NCBI GenBank assembly: GCA_964016885.1 | Contig: OZ024749.1 | Span: 47,306,001-47,370,000, forward strand | Source of the DNA: Eledone cirrhosa | Taxonomy: Eukaryota | Length of the DNA stretch: 64,000 nucleotides | Direction of reading: 5' to 3' | Shown: in pieces, positions 31,041 through 46,351 of the stretch | Layout: each line of letters opens with the position of its first letter | Position numbering within the stretch: position 1 is the first letter of the stretch | The notes under the pieces: model-generated | What the model saw: only the letters and a program-made list of their open reading frames with translations | Told to the model about the DNA's origin: nothing | Databases searched by the model: none | Translations under genes and position numbers: made by a program

Positions 31041-33251
31041 ATATATATGTATATATATATATACACACATACATGTGTTTACCTTAGTGTTTGTTTGTTT
31101 TTTGCTGAAGTACATCCAATAGGTATTTGTAAACAAACTCTATAATTGCAAATTTTTTCTGGAAGCCGCTTCAGTCAAATATATGTAGAGATGTCAGTTC
31201 ATCATTTGAATACTAGTATATATATTTTAAGATTTAGTTGACGCAATAGAAATCTGGGAAAATATTTTCTCATATATTAAACATATAGCTAAAATACCTG
31301 ATATGGAATAATCAATATAATTTGTAAGAATAGTCGGCCTTTCAGTGATAATATGCAGTAAACATCAATTGCAAGCTCATAAATCTACCATAGTCCTACC
31401 TATCCTAGAAGGATAGAATTTAAAATCAATTTGACTTATCTTACATATGATCTGGTTTAAATCTCCGTTGCATAGTTGACAGATATTTTACTACCACTGC
31501 ATTAAATATAAACATTGATCGGTTCTCTCTCAGACAAATGGCAATTTTAGTTCCAGTATTCAGTAGGACTAAAGTAATAACACCTGACTTCAATAATATG
31601 ATTACATTCAACCAAGTCACGTTAAACATTTTGTAATATTGAACAGCATCTTTGTTTTAATTGAAAAGCAAGAATCGGGATAGCATTGCTGTTGTTGTAT
31701 ACTCGTATAAATATCAAAGTTGTTCAGTATGTTTTGGAAATAACACTATTGCAGTTATCATAATAGAATGCTCCATTACTTATTAGGAGGCAAGATATAT
31801 TGTATCTTATATAAAGCAGGGAATTTACACGATATATATTCGATCAAATGCTATAAAATATACTGCATTCAACAAGTCGAACCGATATATCGATTTATAG
31901 TGAGCGTTGGTATGTTTAGTGACAGCTGCAAATAAACCCAATATACTACAACATATTAAGTCAGGGATGATTTAGCTGTATCCGTCTTGGAAAATAACGT
32001 AGTTTGTGACATTGACATGTCAGGATTTAGTTTTCAGCATCCTGTGGCTCTCTATAACTACTGTATATGAATATTTCGTGGCATTGTGTTTCCTACACAT
32101 TTCTGACAATAAACACGTAATTAGGTAAGTACTAATATGTTACTTCTTTATAAGGATCAGCTCTGTTGACCATAATTTTCCGCATATAGGCAGTCAGCAA
32201 AATTAATAATATACTTCCTGTATCTGTTATGTATTGCAGTGTGGTTAGATAAATGAAATCAGTGAAACATTGTATATTGCATTGCACACATTATATAATA
32301 TGTTCGATATCACTGCATATTACGGAATATCTACATAGCAATTGTCACTCTCAAACATGTATATACGTATAATATACACGCATGTGCATATATAGATTAT
32401 ATATTCATTGACTTGTTATATATCATTTTGTTACATAGAACAACAATTTTAATCCTTAACGTATTGGAAATTCTTACCGGTGGGGTATTTAGAAGCGGAA
32501 TTATTACCGGTGTTTTATTTGCTGAAATATTCTCAGAAGGAAATTATATTATATACCGGTGGCATTTGTTCTTTATATAATATGTGAACAATATTTAATG
32601 AAATGCATACGGCAATAAACAGCTGCAAGCAGAAAACAAACATATTTGGACTATAGGATGCTACAAACATATATGACTGATTGATAATTCAATAAACATA
32701 CGTTGTTTAAATAATGAAGATATTTACAAAACCTGTATCTCCGAAGCATAACACGAATGTTAAATTAACAAAAATCGCACGCATAATACATAGCGCAACC
32801 ATAATTATATACGATAGCCTACATATTTAAGTAGGGATTCACACCACTTAGTTAATATAGACGTACATATATTTACCCCTAAAATCGGTCAGCATCAGAA
32901 ATATAAAGATGCAGTCTCAAACGTATAATGTAAACAGAATTGTACACAACAACTTTATTAGGTTATTCAATGGTAATTTTTTATAAATACGAATATATGC
33001 ATATGTCACATTATAACAAATATCAACATAGAAAGAAAAATGTTATCACAGAGGAAAATATTTACACCCACAAGCATAAACGATAATTTCAACAAATATG
33101 CATGCATACACCTATACTGAGTCCAGGAATCACCCACACAAATTAGTTGAAATAAGTATACAGTGCAGTTACTTAAGAAATTGAACGCATAATGATAAAC
33201 GAGGGAGAGTAATACAACATATCCTAGAAAAACATACGCACTGATTTGTAT

Positions 33252-33309
<58 letters not shown>

Positions 33310-33319
33310 TATATATGTG

Positions 33320-33658
33320 TCTGATCGTAACTAAGATGCGTCCATAGGTGGTATGCCGGTTAAGCACGCTATGCTCTCACAGAGCAGAGCATGATATCAT
33401 ATAAAACGAAAAATAAGTGATGCATCTGAAGTCAATTTATTGGGTTACAATTGTTTCACAGGCGGACAGCTCGAGGCGATCATTGTCTGGATCTGTGTGA
33501 TTCTGGACCACCAGGTTCGACGCACACGTCTAATGATTTCGGAGCATATTCTCTAACTGGGGTATCTGAACCTATGGTCCAGTACTGTTAACCACCTCAT
33601 CCCGTTCGCGCATCCAGTGATTGGCCGCTGGTTGTCTACGTCATAATAATAACCATTA
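33320..33658 (-). mobile_element. (TA)n-embedded island with possible long-stem-II HHR-like motif
   Basis: Minus strand gct-CCGAAAT...GAAA-CAATTG-TA-accc-AATAAA (33436-33545), the same 3' half as family A. Confidence 0.4.
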
Positions 33659-33659
33659 T

Positions 33660-33734
<75 letters not shown>

Positions 33735-33739
<5 letters not shown>

Positions 33740-33898
33740 TTATATATATACATAAGCAAAGAGTTATTTAGTTCGTTGGTTATTCAACAAATTTACCCTT
33801 GAAATATGTATAATAAAATAAATATGGTTTCATAAAGATAGTTTCCATTTATTAATATCATCGTTGTATATATATATATAGCAATGTGCACAGACATT

Positions 33899-33968
<70 letters not shown>

Positions 33969-34168
33969 TATATATATATATACATACATTTATATATATA
34001 TATAAGCAAAGAGTTATTTAATTCGTTGGTTATTCAACAAATTTACCCTAGAAATATGTATAATAAAATAAATATGGTTTTATGAAGATAGTTTCCATTT
34101 AACAATATCATTGTTATATATATATATATATATATAGAGATATATATAGCAATGTGCACAGACATTCT

Positions 34169-34170
<2 letters not shown>
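33735..34170 (+). repeat. Tandem duplication (~240-bp period) containing a family C 3' fragment
   Basis: taagcaaagagttattt...gaaatatgtataat...gtttccattt...gcaatgtgcacagacattct occurs twice, separated by (TA)n. Confidence 0.88.
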
Positions 34171-34243
<73 letters not shown>

Positions 34244-35300
34244 CTTGTGTGCACATTACTAAATTTACTATTTGATCCATTATATAAGTTAAAAACGATT
34301 TCCGTTTTTTGTCATATAACGTAAAGCAACAGAGATATATATTCCTGTTTTGTATATTCATGTTTTCACCTGTCTACCGACATATTAATATATATTTGAC
34401 AGGTCTATGAATATTCAATATGTTTGCCTAATTTTTGTTTACTTATTATAAATGTGAATTCAAAGAATTTTTGTCAATTGTATTCAACTAATTAATTTGT
34501 TTCCGAACTTCATGTATTCTATAATATCGGCCTTAGAGCTATAATCTAATATTGATCATATTTCTTTTTATTGATATTCTTTTTACGACAATGTCATTTT
34601 GAACTGAAGCTGGTTTATCTCTACTATATATGATTGAACGAATAATGACTAAGCATTTTGTTGGCGTATTGTGATGTTCTTCTTTCCAAAATCAATTGTG
34701 AGTCGATGATAGAGAAATGGTTTTGTTTCAAAATATGATACACCCTTATAAGCAATTTTGATTTACTTATGTAATATTCAGTAAAACTTAAATGAGCCCC
34801 CAAAACATAGCAGGTTTCTAAAATCAGTGGGAAAATCAATGCATTTTCAGTCTAATACAATGTATTAGAAATCATGATTTGTAGGGAACATGGCTCATAT
34901 TCAGAGATTGTATGAATTAATAATATTACTACGTATGTCTAATTTATGTGTTAGATCACAAGAGTCAGTGTCACCATTGTAATCAGAAGAAATATATGTC
35001 AGCTATCGAATTGAATATTCTAAAAGAAGTGAAAGTAAAATAAATTTGTTTCTTCAATCCGATTAAGGTTATTGCATTAATGTATTTTCTAAAGTCAGTG
35101 GAATATAAAACTGAATTAAGAACAGACACTTCCCCTGATTTCGGTCAAATATATCTGATTTATTTGTGGGTAGGAAATAGCGGCGATCATGTATTGTTCA
35201 TAGATATTGGTCGATTTCAATCTCTATACATACACATGAGCATGCACACGCTTTCATATACAGTACGTCTTATGACCTTGTGTATATATATATATATATA

Positions 35301-35775
35301 TATTGTCATACTTTGGGAGGGTCATGTTGCCAATAAGAAACACACGCACCAGCTGCTTTCACTTCGATTTATTAAATACATTTATAAATTTATGAATTTA
35401 TAAATTTCCGTTTTGTTGGTTGGTTCCACAACCAGATGGTTGTTTATATATTGTCAAATTTTTTCGTCACACATTATGTGACCTCGTCAGTGACTGGTGA
35501 TTATTTTCTTTGTTTTTTGTGCCTCTCTTTTGTTATGTCCTACGCCATCTTGTTGGCGTAGGACATAACAATATATAAACAACCATCTGGTTGTGGAACC
35601 AAGCAACCAACCGGAAATTTATAAATTCCTAAATGTATGAATTTATTATAATAAATTGAAGTGAAAACTGCGGGTGCGTGTGTTTCATATTGGCAACATG
35701 ACCCTCCCAAAGTATAACAATATCGGTGTCAACACGTTGTCAGATAAAGAATCTTGCTAAACAAATTCAGAAACG

Positions 35776-35779
<4 letters not shown>
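35301..35779. mobile_element. Family F fold-back element with HHR, inner hairpin and tail
   Basis: Arms 35301-35454 and 35568-35722; perfect 18-bp inner hairpin 35530-35571; tail 35723-35779; (TA)n flanks. Confidence 0.88.
35453..35494 (-). ncRNA. Minimal hammerhead-like motif (family F)
   Basis: gtca-CTGACGA-g-GTCAC ataatgt GTGAC-GAAA-aaa-TT-tgac: canonical boxes, 5-bp stem II, 4-bp stem I; stem III vestigial. Confidence 0.62.
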
Positions 35780-35839
<60 letters not shown>

Positions 35840-36141
35840 ATACTACGTGCAAGTTGCTCTTCTTCTAATTTCAATATATTGTATGTTACCAATGATTCCT
35901 TTTGTCTGTATGGTTTATATCAAACCAGATATTTCACATATACTCCATTGAACGGACATAAGAATATCACACGTTGGTCTTCCTTTTTCCTTTGACTGTA
36001 GTAACCTAAAGAACAATATTTTATCATGCTTTATGAACAATGAGATATTCTCGCGGATGAAAAACATTAAATTCAACGGGCGACACGAGCATATTACTAG
36101 TATTTCTTGTAATATTAATACATCCAGAAAAAAATCACAAA

Positions 36142-36179
<38 letters not shown>

Positions 36180-36421
36180 GTTAAAAATGTACATCTACAT
36201 ATGCATACTGAAATACTAGTATGCATATGAATACACACACGTATACATATGTAGATGTACCAAGTCTTTCACTGGTTACATTACTGTGAGTATCCAGCTA
36301 TTCTGTATGTAAACACACAGACAAACCGGTTTTTAGAGTCATACTGGTTTTTGAGGAAACACCTTTCCTCTATTCTCCAGAAAGCCAGACAAGGAATATT
36401 GAACTAGTTTGTTTTTGTTTT

Positions 36422-36463
<42 letters not shown>

Positions 36464-36468
<5 letters not shown>

Positions 36469-36664
36469 AACCAGTAAGACCCCGACAGCTGAGCTCAAGC
36501 CGTTTCGACGGCTAATTCTGGACCCAGAGTCCAGAATTAGCCGTCGAAACGGCTTGAGCTCAGCTGTCGGGGTCTTACTGGTTCCTATTACCCACTCTAC
36601 TACCTCAAGTATTGAGTACTTTGGTGCGTTATGGTCCACCTGGTTCCTTACCACATTTCCTTCG

Positions 36665-36666
<2 letters not shown>
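36464..36666 (+). mobile_element. Family E hairpin element (perfect 60-bp arms, 5-nt loop, tail)
   Basis: Palindrome 36464-36588, tail to 36666; identical to the 62.4 kb copy except at the apex. Confidence 0.92.
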
Positions 36667-36732
<66 letters not shown>

Positions 36733-37230
36733 CGTGTGTGTGTGTTATACTGTCTATGACATATAGAGACCGGTATTGTTTGCTTTGAAAAACATCACTA
36801 TATAGTCTTCGCAAGTCTAACTCTGAATAAACGGTGATGTTTATCAATTGTGTTACAATCATATAAATAAAATTGATATTGGTTACCTCCAACAACGTAG
36901 GTTTCAATCAAAGTTATTTTATGATTTCAAAATATATTTTCTGCTGCAAAAACGAATACTATTCGTGATGCGTAAGAAGGGAATTTCACGTATGACCAGA
37001 ATATGTAATGTACATATTAAAACATTTAAATAAACATAAAATAGTTTTCTTTAAAATTATGTTTCGGATATACATTACATGAATACATACGTTCCATATA
37101 TATGATGTTTGCGTGGGTGTGTAATGTCGTGAATGTTGTTTTGATACACATTTCATACGAACAAACACTCCATTATAAGGGGTGTGATATACGGCACTGT
37201 GCCACAAATCTTCATATTTAATCTAACATG

Positions 37231-37287
37231 CAATATTGCAAAGATATTTCAATATTGCAAAGATATTTCAATATTGCAAAGATATTT
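37231..37287. repeat. 3 x 19-bp tandem repeat (caatattgcaaagatattt)
   Basis: Direct reading. Confidence 0.9.
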
Positions 37288-38436
37288 TTGAACTTTGAAA
37301 ATATATCGTAGTCGATTTAATATCTCTAAATCACTAAAATATTCACATAGCAACCGCGAGAAGATAAAAACAAAACAGTGAAGTAATCTGAAGGCTATTT
37401 GTGAAAACTTAAAAATGTGTGTTTGCTGGTACCATAACACGGTAGCATAACAGGGTACCATATGTACTATATATAAGATATAATGAAACATAGTTATCTG
37501 AACATAGTCGATGTAGACCTCTCTTTCATATTTTGACTATCTTTTTTTCTTTATGGAATTACACTCGAGAGATATAATGTCAGGTTTGAAGCAGGTTTCC
37601 AGGGAAACCAATGTATATTTAAAGCTAAACGAAGGAATACTAAGAGGATATACATTTCTTGTCAATTGCTCCTTAAATGTAACAAATATGAATACAAGTG
37701 CGTTGTGTTTAACCACCGATTAGTACTCGCCACATTGTACACATTTGATAGTAACCTGCTTCTACCATTACTACCACATTGCCTCCCTCGATTCATTTTC
37801 AAAAGGAAGCAACACATTTTGTAGATGTTGGTACATGTCTGTAGTACATTAGTTCCTCGATCGTCCATTGGAGCATTTGCATTTTTGTTAAAGACTGTAA
37901 GAAATCGAATGTAGTCAGTTGTTGAGTAGAGTAGGCAAATATATATCCCCAATAATAGCGCAACATGTACAGTGCGATTGAAATTACATGACCGTATACG
38001 TCAAGAATAATATACCGGATCATCATTATTATTGTTATAGAAATAACATGTACACAAATAGATCTGCTACATAAGAACGTTTGACTCCTGTAGAAGCCAT
38101 TTCTATAGTAAAATAAAAATACCTATATTAGACTAACGCATTGATATAATTTTTCTTTATATTTTTCACATCTCGATATATATATATATATATATATATA
38201 ACGTGTATTATGTGTGCTTATGACTTCCAGTTATATGAAAATATTTTGGAGAGGATATATCATGTTTCTTGAAACGTAAACTTATATAACTGTAACAAGC
38301 TTCCATTCAAATGCATAGGTCAGTACTAATGTAATTATAACTTATTCAATGTTTGACGTTCTATCAACATTCGTGATGTTTACTATACCTACTTTCATTT
38401 CACTTACTAAAGCTCACACATACAGCTTTCTGTATA

Positions 38437-38560
<124 letters not shown>

Positions 38561-38709
38561 TATGTGTGTTTATATATGCATATCTAAACTACGTGCGAAT
38601 ATGTATTTCTGTGTACCTATTTATGTATATACTATATACCTACATACAAATACATGTACATATGCATATGTGTATATATAAGCATATCGATATGTATAGT
38701 ATGTAGGTA

Positions 38710-38760
<51 letters not shown>

Positions 38761-39995
38761 TATGTGCGTGCGTGTGTGTGTTTATATAATATATAGAGGA
38801 ATGTGTGGTTTTGTGTTCAGTGATGTTACAGATAAGCTTAAATGTCTGCAAAATGATCTGACGACCTGAGTTACGCTGGCTGAAGACCGGGCATCAAGGA
38901 TAATGTGTATGAATTATAGATGTGATATATTCGTGACCCGCCATGTAGCATTTATTCTGTAAGCGGGCATTTATACAATGCACGATATAATCCACGAGGT
39001 ATGTAGGAGCAATGTATGTGGTTGATGTGTTTGATCAAATGTGAGTCTGATCAACCATGCAATGTCACACGAGACAGGGAGAAATGGAACCACTTCTGAG
39101 ATGGTTCTCCTGCCATGCACGCCACGTTACATTTGCAATCAATGTCGCTTAACTATTTAGTCAGTGGTTTGTGCTAACACAGGTGAATGCATGGATGAAT
39201 GCACAGACGAGTGAATGACATGGCTAGTATTGTTAGGAATCAGACACTTCAAGTGACATATGTGAACGTGCCCGGAAAACATACCTGCCTTCACATGATC
39301 ATGCAAAGCTAAATGAAAGGATGATACTCCACTCATAAAAAGGCATCAATTGACAAAATGCATGCATATGTGTGGGCGTTCCTGTATATATGTATGCATG
39401 CATATGTATAGTACAATGTGTACTAAATAATGTGCTTCTCTTTCTCAAGCAGATATCTTATATATCAAATTTCCGAGTATTTTAAAAATATTAAATAGTT
39501 CGGACATCAGTTCATGTTATCGTCTGCTGTGAATCGTGTATGATTGAAAGATACAGAATCAACGTTATATGGTAATTTTAATCAAATTCATTGCATATAT
39601 TTAATTATCAAATACAAGTAATCACATATTACAAAATACTATTTGCCGTGACATCTTTATGTTACAGATATAGAAGAAATTATTACAATATTCATGATTC
39701 TAAATTGAATTATATTTGTAGCAGCATTACAGTTTTTATATTGCAATTTATTCGGATATTTACAAGTATGTTCCTAATAATCATCGAAATAATAAATCGT
39801 GTTTTTAATGTAATCCTTTGCAATACGTGGCGTTCAATTTGCAAGTTTCTAGATGCTCGGTGTTGAACTTTCTGATCGCCACCCATAAGGCCCATTTATA
39901 TCTATTGATAGAGTGTAACGCAAGTTATAGAAATAACATTATTGAAAGTGTTGATGATTTTCTATGATTTTCTCCTTATTATTTAACTGTACAAT

Positions 39996-40187
39996 AAGGC
40001 GGTGGATTGGCAGTATCGGTAGAGAGTCGGACGCCATGCTTTCCAGCCTAGTTACGTCCCTTTACGGTCTAAGTTCAAATCTCGCTAGGGTTCACTTTGC
40101 CTTTCATCATTACGGGGTCGATAAAATAAAGTACCAGTAATGTACTGGGTAATTGCTGGCCTTGTGCCAAAAGTAGAAACAATTATT
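39996..40187 (+). mobile_element. Full-length tRNA-derived SINE with degenerate 16-bp TSD
   Basis: Starts aaggcggtggattggcagtatcgg; TSD attatttaactgtaca / attatttaatggtaca. Confidence 0.9.
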
Positions 40188-41946
40188 TAATGGTACACTT
40201 GTCGCATTGCACACACATACACGCACCAACATACAGACATATATAAACGTATGTATGTATGTTTGTATGTGTAAATGTTTACTTTATCCCATCGCACAAC
40301 ACAACCACACCTGACCGTTATATTTCCGTCCGAAACTTAGAGCCCTCCTCCAATTCTTCTAAGCCTTAACCTAATAAATGTTTGTATATCTCTGTTTGAT
40401 ATGTTAAGGTGCCTGTTTTTTGTTTGCCTCATTGCAGCAGTTAGGTGCATTTTATGGCTCAATTTCTTCCGTTACCTGTAATGCTGAAGAAACTGTAATC
40501 GTGGTAAACGGGTGTACCGCCCCACGCGCACCTTCTATGAAGAGATTACGTTTAGTAATGGATATTATTCGCCTCTATATTGTTCAAAGTATGTGATCTA
40601 CGTGCCCGAATTTATGTTCAATTGAACGTATTCAATCCAATTTAATGAGCTTCAATTTGCTGCAACATTAGACGCATTGAAAAAAGCGAGCGGGCAACAT
40701 TTTCAAATGGAATTATACTGGGGTTATTCATGTGAGTAACCTGTATGTTTGAATGTTCTAAACAAATTTACCAATTTCTGCAGTGTGTGCCGGTGTGCGC
40801 AACATAATGCTTAATGTGTGTAATTATATATCCTGGGATATTGCTCAAGTAGGTTAAATTTGATATCAAACGATACTTTTGAAATCATTACTTTCTACTT
40901 GAAGTTTACGCCAAGACTGTATCTTACATGTTTAATTATATAATCTGTTAAGCTGCGATGCGTATTTTGAAAGGTAGAATGTTATTACGTAATATTATGT
41001 TTGGTATTTGATAGATTAATTGTGTTGGCCGATGTAATGCAGAAAGCGTTATAACGTCTGCATATCTGTGTTACAGGGACCCTCCGGCATAGAGTAACTA
41101 TGATTTCTGAAGTATTGTGAGTGTTGGTGTAGTGTAGGTTGTACGATCCAACAAATGTGATATTAATGTGTGACTGTTACATATATATTTAAGCAATACG
41201 CGTATTTTCAAGGGGGAAATATATTAATTTACGAAACATATCACATTGTTTAGAAGTAGTTGCAAATCAATTGAATATTTTCGAAAGTCCGTGGTCTCCA
41301 TAGGAATCCATGTACCCTAGAATTTCTGAAAGACATACCAATATTTATGATTCAGAAGCACGTTGCAGCTATTTAATTGTATGATGTGTATATACAATAA
41401 ACATTGGTAGGTGAACTGTAATTTACTAATCAATATTGAATTGTATCTCAGCCTATATGGTTTCACATTACCCGCATGAACTCGCCTGGAGAACTAGACA
41501 TATATTTAATTGATGTGGATTGTCTCGTAGAGGTTGTTACCTAATAATTGTTGGTATTGCAGAATAAACATACAACATATTATTTTAATATTGTATCTAA
41601 CTTATATATATATATATATATATATAACTGCATCTAACTCTTATTTATCATATCTATATGTATTATTATACTTTTATTAATATAAATATACCCATCAATT
41701 AAATTAATTTTGTATCCTTTTCATAGATGTATTTTTTTCACTAACATCCTTATCTTAAAACTCTGGTCACCTTAGATATTTGTATTGCCATTACTATTTT
41801 ATAACAGCAACTGCTTGTATACCTTCTACTGACCACCTGACCTAATTTCACCCCTAAAATAAGTTTCAATTACTACTATTTTACCATTTGGCCAATTATT
41901 AACTTTCTATTGGTTAATTCTAAACCTCTTACCAAACAGACAGAAT

Positions 41947-42128
41947 ATATTTGATCTTTGTTGGTTTTATTCAATGAACAAATAAAATTAATTCTGAGGT
42001 CAACATATGACCTACTTCTTCCCCAAAGTAATCCATTATTATATTGGATCTTTGTTGGTTTTATTAAATGAACAAATAAAATTATTTCTGAGGTCAACAT
42101 ATGACCTACTTCTTCCCTAAAGTAATCC
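41947..42128. repeat. 2 x 94-bp tandem repeat, with a third diverged partial unit at ~42230-42324
   Basis: atatt(t/g)gatctttgttggtt...aaagtaatcc at 41947 and 42041. Confidence 0.9.
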
Positions 42129-42324
42129 TTCATTCATAATACTCTTTTCCATCCAAAACTGAAATCTACCTTCCTCTACCCATAATTTAAGGTTCTCCTA
42201 ATTCTATATCACTATCTTGACCCTCACTATCTCCTGATTGGTCAATTCAAAACCTGTTCCCAAACAGACCTATTGTATTGAATCTTTGTTCTTATCAATA
42301 AACAAGTATCATTATTTCTGAAGA

Positions 42325-42509
42325 TAGATTGGCAGTATCAGTAGAGGATCGGACGCCATGCTTTCTAGCATAGTTACGTGCCTTTACGATCTGAGTTCAA
42401 ATCCCGCCGAGGTTGACTTTGCCTTTCTTCCTTACAGGGTCGATAAAATAAAGTGCCAGTAATGCACTGGGTAATTGCTGGCCTTGTGCCTAAAATAGAA
42501 ACAATTATT
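42325..42509 (+). mobile_element. tRNA-derived SINE, 14-bp TSD
   Basis: TSD attatttctgaaga at 42311-42324 and 42504-42517. Confidence 0.9.
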
Positions 42510-42695
42510 TCTGAAGACAGCATATATATGTGTAGGTATGTATATTCCCTCTGATAGTTTGTATAAATATTGTACATAGATCTATAGCATATGCATACCA
42601 TCTCTAACACATATATATCCTAGAAACGATCGTAAAATAATGACTTGTTTTTAATATAAGGAACTGTTTCTTTGTTTATTTATTATTTTTTTATA

Positions 42696-42727
<32 letters not shown>

Positions 42728-42731
<4 letters not shown>

Positions 42732-43117
42732 ATAATAATGCATTTGAAGATTAAAATCCAAAGAGGACTCGATAAGGATAAGTATATATCAAATATATAA
42801 GAACCGTAGAGCAAATATTTCAGAGGATCCAGTTAAGGGTGAAAGCAGCGACGCTTTGCTTAAACTTTAATCTGTTATTTTAATAAATATATATATATAT
42901 ATATATATTAAAATAACAGATTAAAGTTTAAGCAAAGAATCCCTGCTTTCACTCTTAACGGGATCAGAAGATCCCGTTAAGGGTGAAATCATCGATTCTT
43001 TGCTTAAACTTTAATCTGTTATTTTAATAAATGTTTGCTCTACGGTTCTTATATATTTGATATATATTTATCCTTATCGAGCCCTGTTCGGATTTTCGTC
43101 TTCAAATTTATTATTAT

Positions 43118-43121
<4 letters not shown>
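42728..43121. mobile_element. Two family D elements in opposite orientation forming a nested palindrome
   Basis: 42728-42887 and 42906-43121 separated by short (TA)n; the second folds back at gggatc-agaa-gatccc (~42960-42975). Confidence 0.85.
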
Positions 43122-43170
<49 letters not shown>

Positions 43171-44157
43171 AATTCATTTTTGTGTTCAAAATTACTTTTT
43201 GGTAAGGAAAGTTGTCTTTCCACTTGGAAGAAACGTTTAAGGAATATCTTAATGGAAATGTTATTGTGTGATTTTGATGATGTTGCATTTCTGTTGAGAT
43301 TTAAATTGTGTTGGTTTGTCAAACTTCCAGTTTCTGAAGATTTGGCAGTATAGTGCACTCAATTTCACATGATGCTGATAGTAAACATTTCGCTTGATTG
43401 TAGATTTATAGGACATAAATTGGTGGGCTCTGAGGGCTTGAGCTTAGTTAATATTCTACTACATTTCTTGTGGCAGTTTCATGAAATATCCATGTAAACA
43501 TTTTGAACTAAGAGAAACTTAAGTTAATTATGCAGGCTCCCATGACTTGTGTAAATGTTTGATGCATATCTTTACATTTCATAAGCGTACAAATTACCCG
43601 AACTTGGCATTCGCTTGATGTTTTATAAAACCTCGTAAACATTTATGTGGAAATCCAAAGGTAAAATTCATTACATATATGACCTCCTCTGTATTGATGA
43701 GTGATATCAAGTATTTCGTTTTAAAATATATAGTGTTATATTTAGAGTGGCTGGTATTTACTACATGTGGCTCGAAAACGTCTCCACAAAACAAGTTCAT
43801 GATTTGTTGTCGGTGTTAGATCTGCGACTGATCCTAATTAAATTGTATATGGTGTTACATAGTTGTATCCAAAACCCATTTTTCAAAAATGTCTATCTTT
43901 TAAACTCGTTTTCTTAATTATTTGTCTATTTGCATGCACATTTTTCCACCAATATCTTCATTCATACGTTTCATAAGAATGTTATGATTTTGAAAATTGT
44001 GTCTAAGTTTGGTTAATTTAGACGTGTAATTGAAATTGTAATGCATTAAGTGGAGATGTCATATGGGATTATTATGTGGGTATTAATTAGCAGGCTTTAG
44101 AAATTGCGTGGTCCATGGTACCGTTTATAGTGTGCCTCGAAACATTTACCTCCGTGT

Positions 44158-44228
<71 letters not shown>

Positions 44229-45587
44229 GTATATCCTTGTGCATGGATTACTTAAATTACACACATAAATAGAAAATCATTACCTGCCGGGGTTTTCAGC
44301 CTTTAACATTGAACACCCATATACAATATAACAAAATACACTATAAAATATGCATGTTGGCTGCATGCGAAATAGTACATAACTTCCGTTATTAAAATGT
44401 TACAGATAATAATAATAAGCTATAACTAACAGATATATAACAACAAGGGAGATGTTGGAATTCCAAAATGTTCTCTAAGTGCATACGCTACATCAGTTAT
44501 TTATAACGTGTAAATGGATTTCAGTATTTCCATTGAAATATGTGAATAGATGCTATAATTCTTGCAGCTTAATAGAAACAGTAGATAGGAAAGATATAAA
44601 TATACCTCACAATCTTAACTTGCAGGCCGTAATTTTATTCAATTCAATATGCATGATAAAGGATACTGAATCTCATTTACGTAAACATGGGTTTTCCGAG
44701 CATAATCTATCTGCAACTGAACTGTGCCGGAGAGCGATATTAAATATCTAAACATATTTTAGCTGAAAATTCAATGATTTCTGAGTTTCCATTTTTCATT
44801 CCATACAAATGTGTAATGCAAATGGGAATCATTATTCATTCGGTATTCTGGTAATGAAGGTTCCGTTAGGTTATATACTGACAGAATCAGTTACATATAT
44901 TGATTTTCGTTTTGGGAAATGGTTGAACACAAATTTCGAATTCAGTGAAGAAACCATGAGTATGTCAGGTTACTAGTCATATAAATATCTACAGAATGTC
45001 ATTGGAGTGTTCGTTAGATATGGATTTAAGAACGCAGGTATGAATTATATTTGTATCTAAATATATATACCAAAGACACCGGCATACACCCATATTACCT
45101 TCACCATGCACATTAAGATATAGGGTCAAATTGAAAGGTATTGGAGTTAAAAGGAGAAAATAATTAATAGTATTTTGAATGAAAAAGCACTTACATATAT
45201 ACTTCATAGAATGCTATAGACCCATAAATTCCTACAATGATAAGCTTTATTACGATTTTTCATGAAATCTATCATAGGATGGGATCAATGACGTATACCA
45301 GATCCATACTTTCGCAACATGGCTACGACTCTTCAACAATATGACAAAAAATGCATTCCCATATATATATATATATTTATATATATATATATATAGATTT
45401 TGAGTTTATGTTGGTTGTATACCAACACCTCAGTATGCAGGCTGGAGCACTCGACGAAGTACGCAGGTTGGTTTGGTTACTCCGGAGTAGTGTAAAATAA
45501 AGTTAAATAAAAGTCAAATGATTAAAATTTAGCTTCGTTTACTACTGCTATATATATTTCATATATATATGTGTGTGTGTATATATA

Positions 45588-46127
<540 letters not shown>

Positions 46128-46351
46128 GATCAACGCTAGAGATCTAGAATGTAATAAATTTCAATGAGATGAACCCTACTGCTCTACAGCTGATTCCCTC
46201 TCTTATTGATACAAATAAATATGTATGTACGCTGTGTGTGACATAGGCGACATATGAGTATTTGTAATTACTATGATCTTGACAGGCTAGTGTTTATTAT
46301 CAGTTGCCTTATCATAACTATAGTGCGATACTATTAACATTATTATTCATA

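Noticed and set aside
37231-37287. CRISPR-like array (also 4569-4660 and 28333-28371)
   Set aside because: Simple tandem repeats without unique spacers, in eukaryotic DNA.
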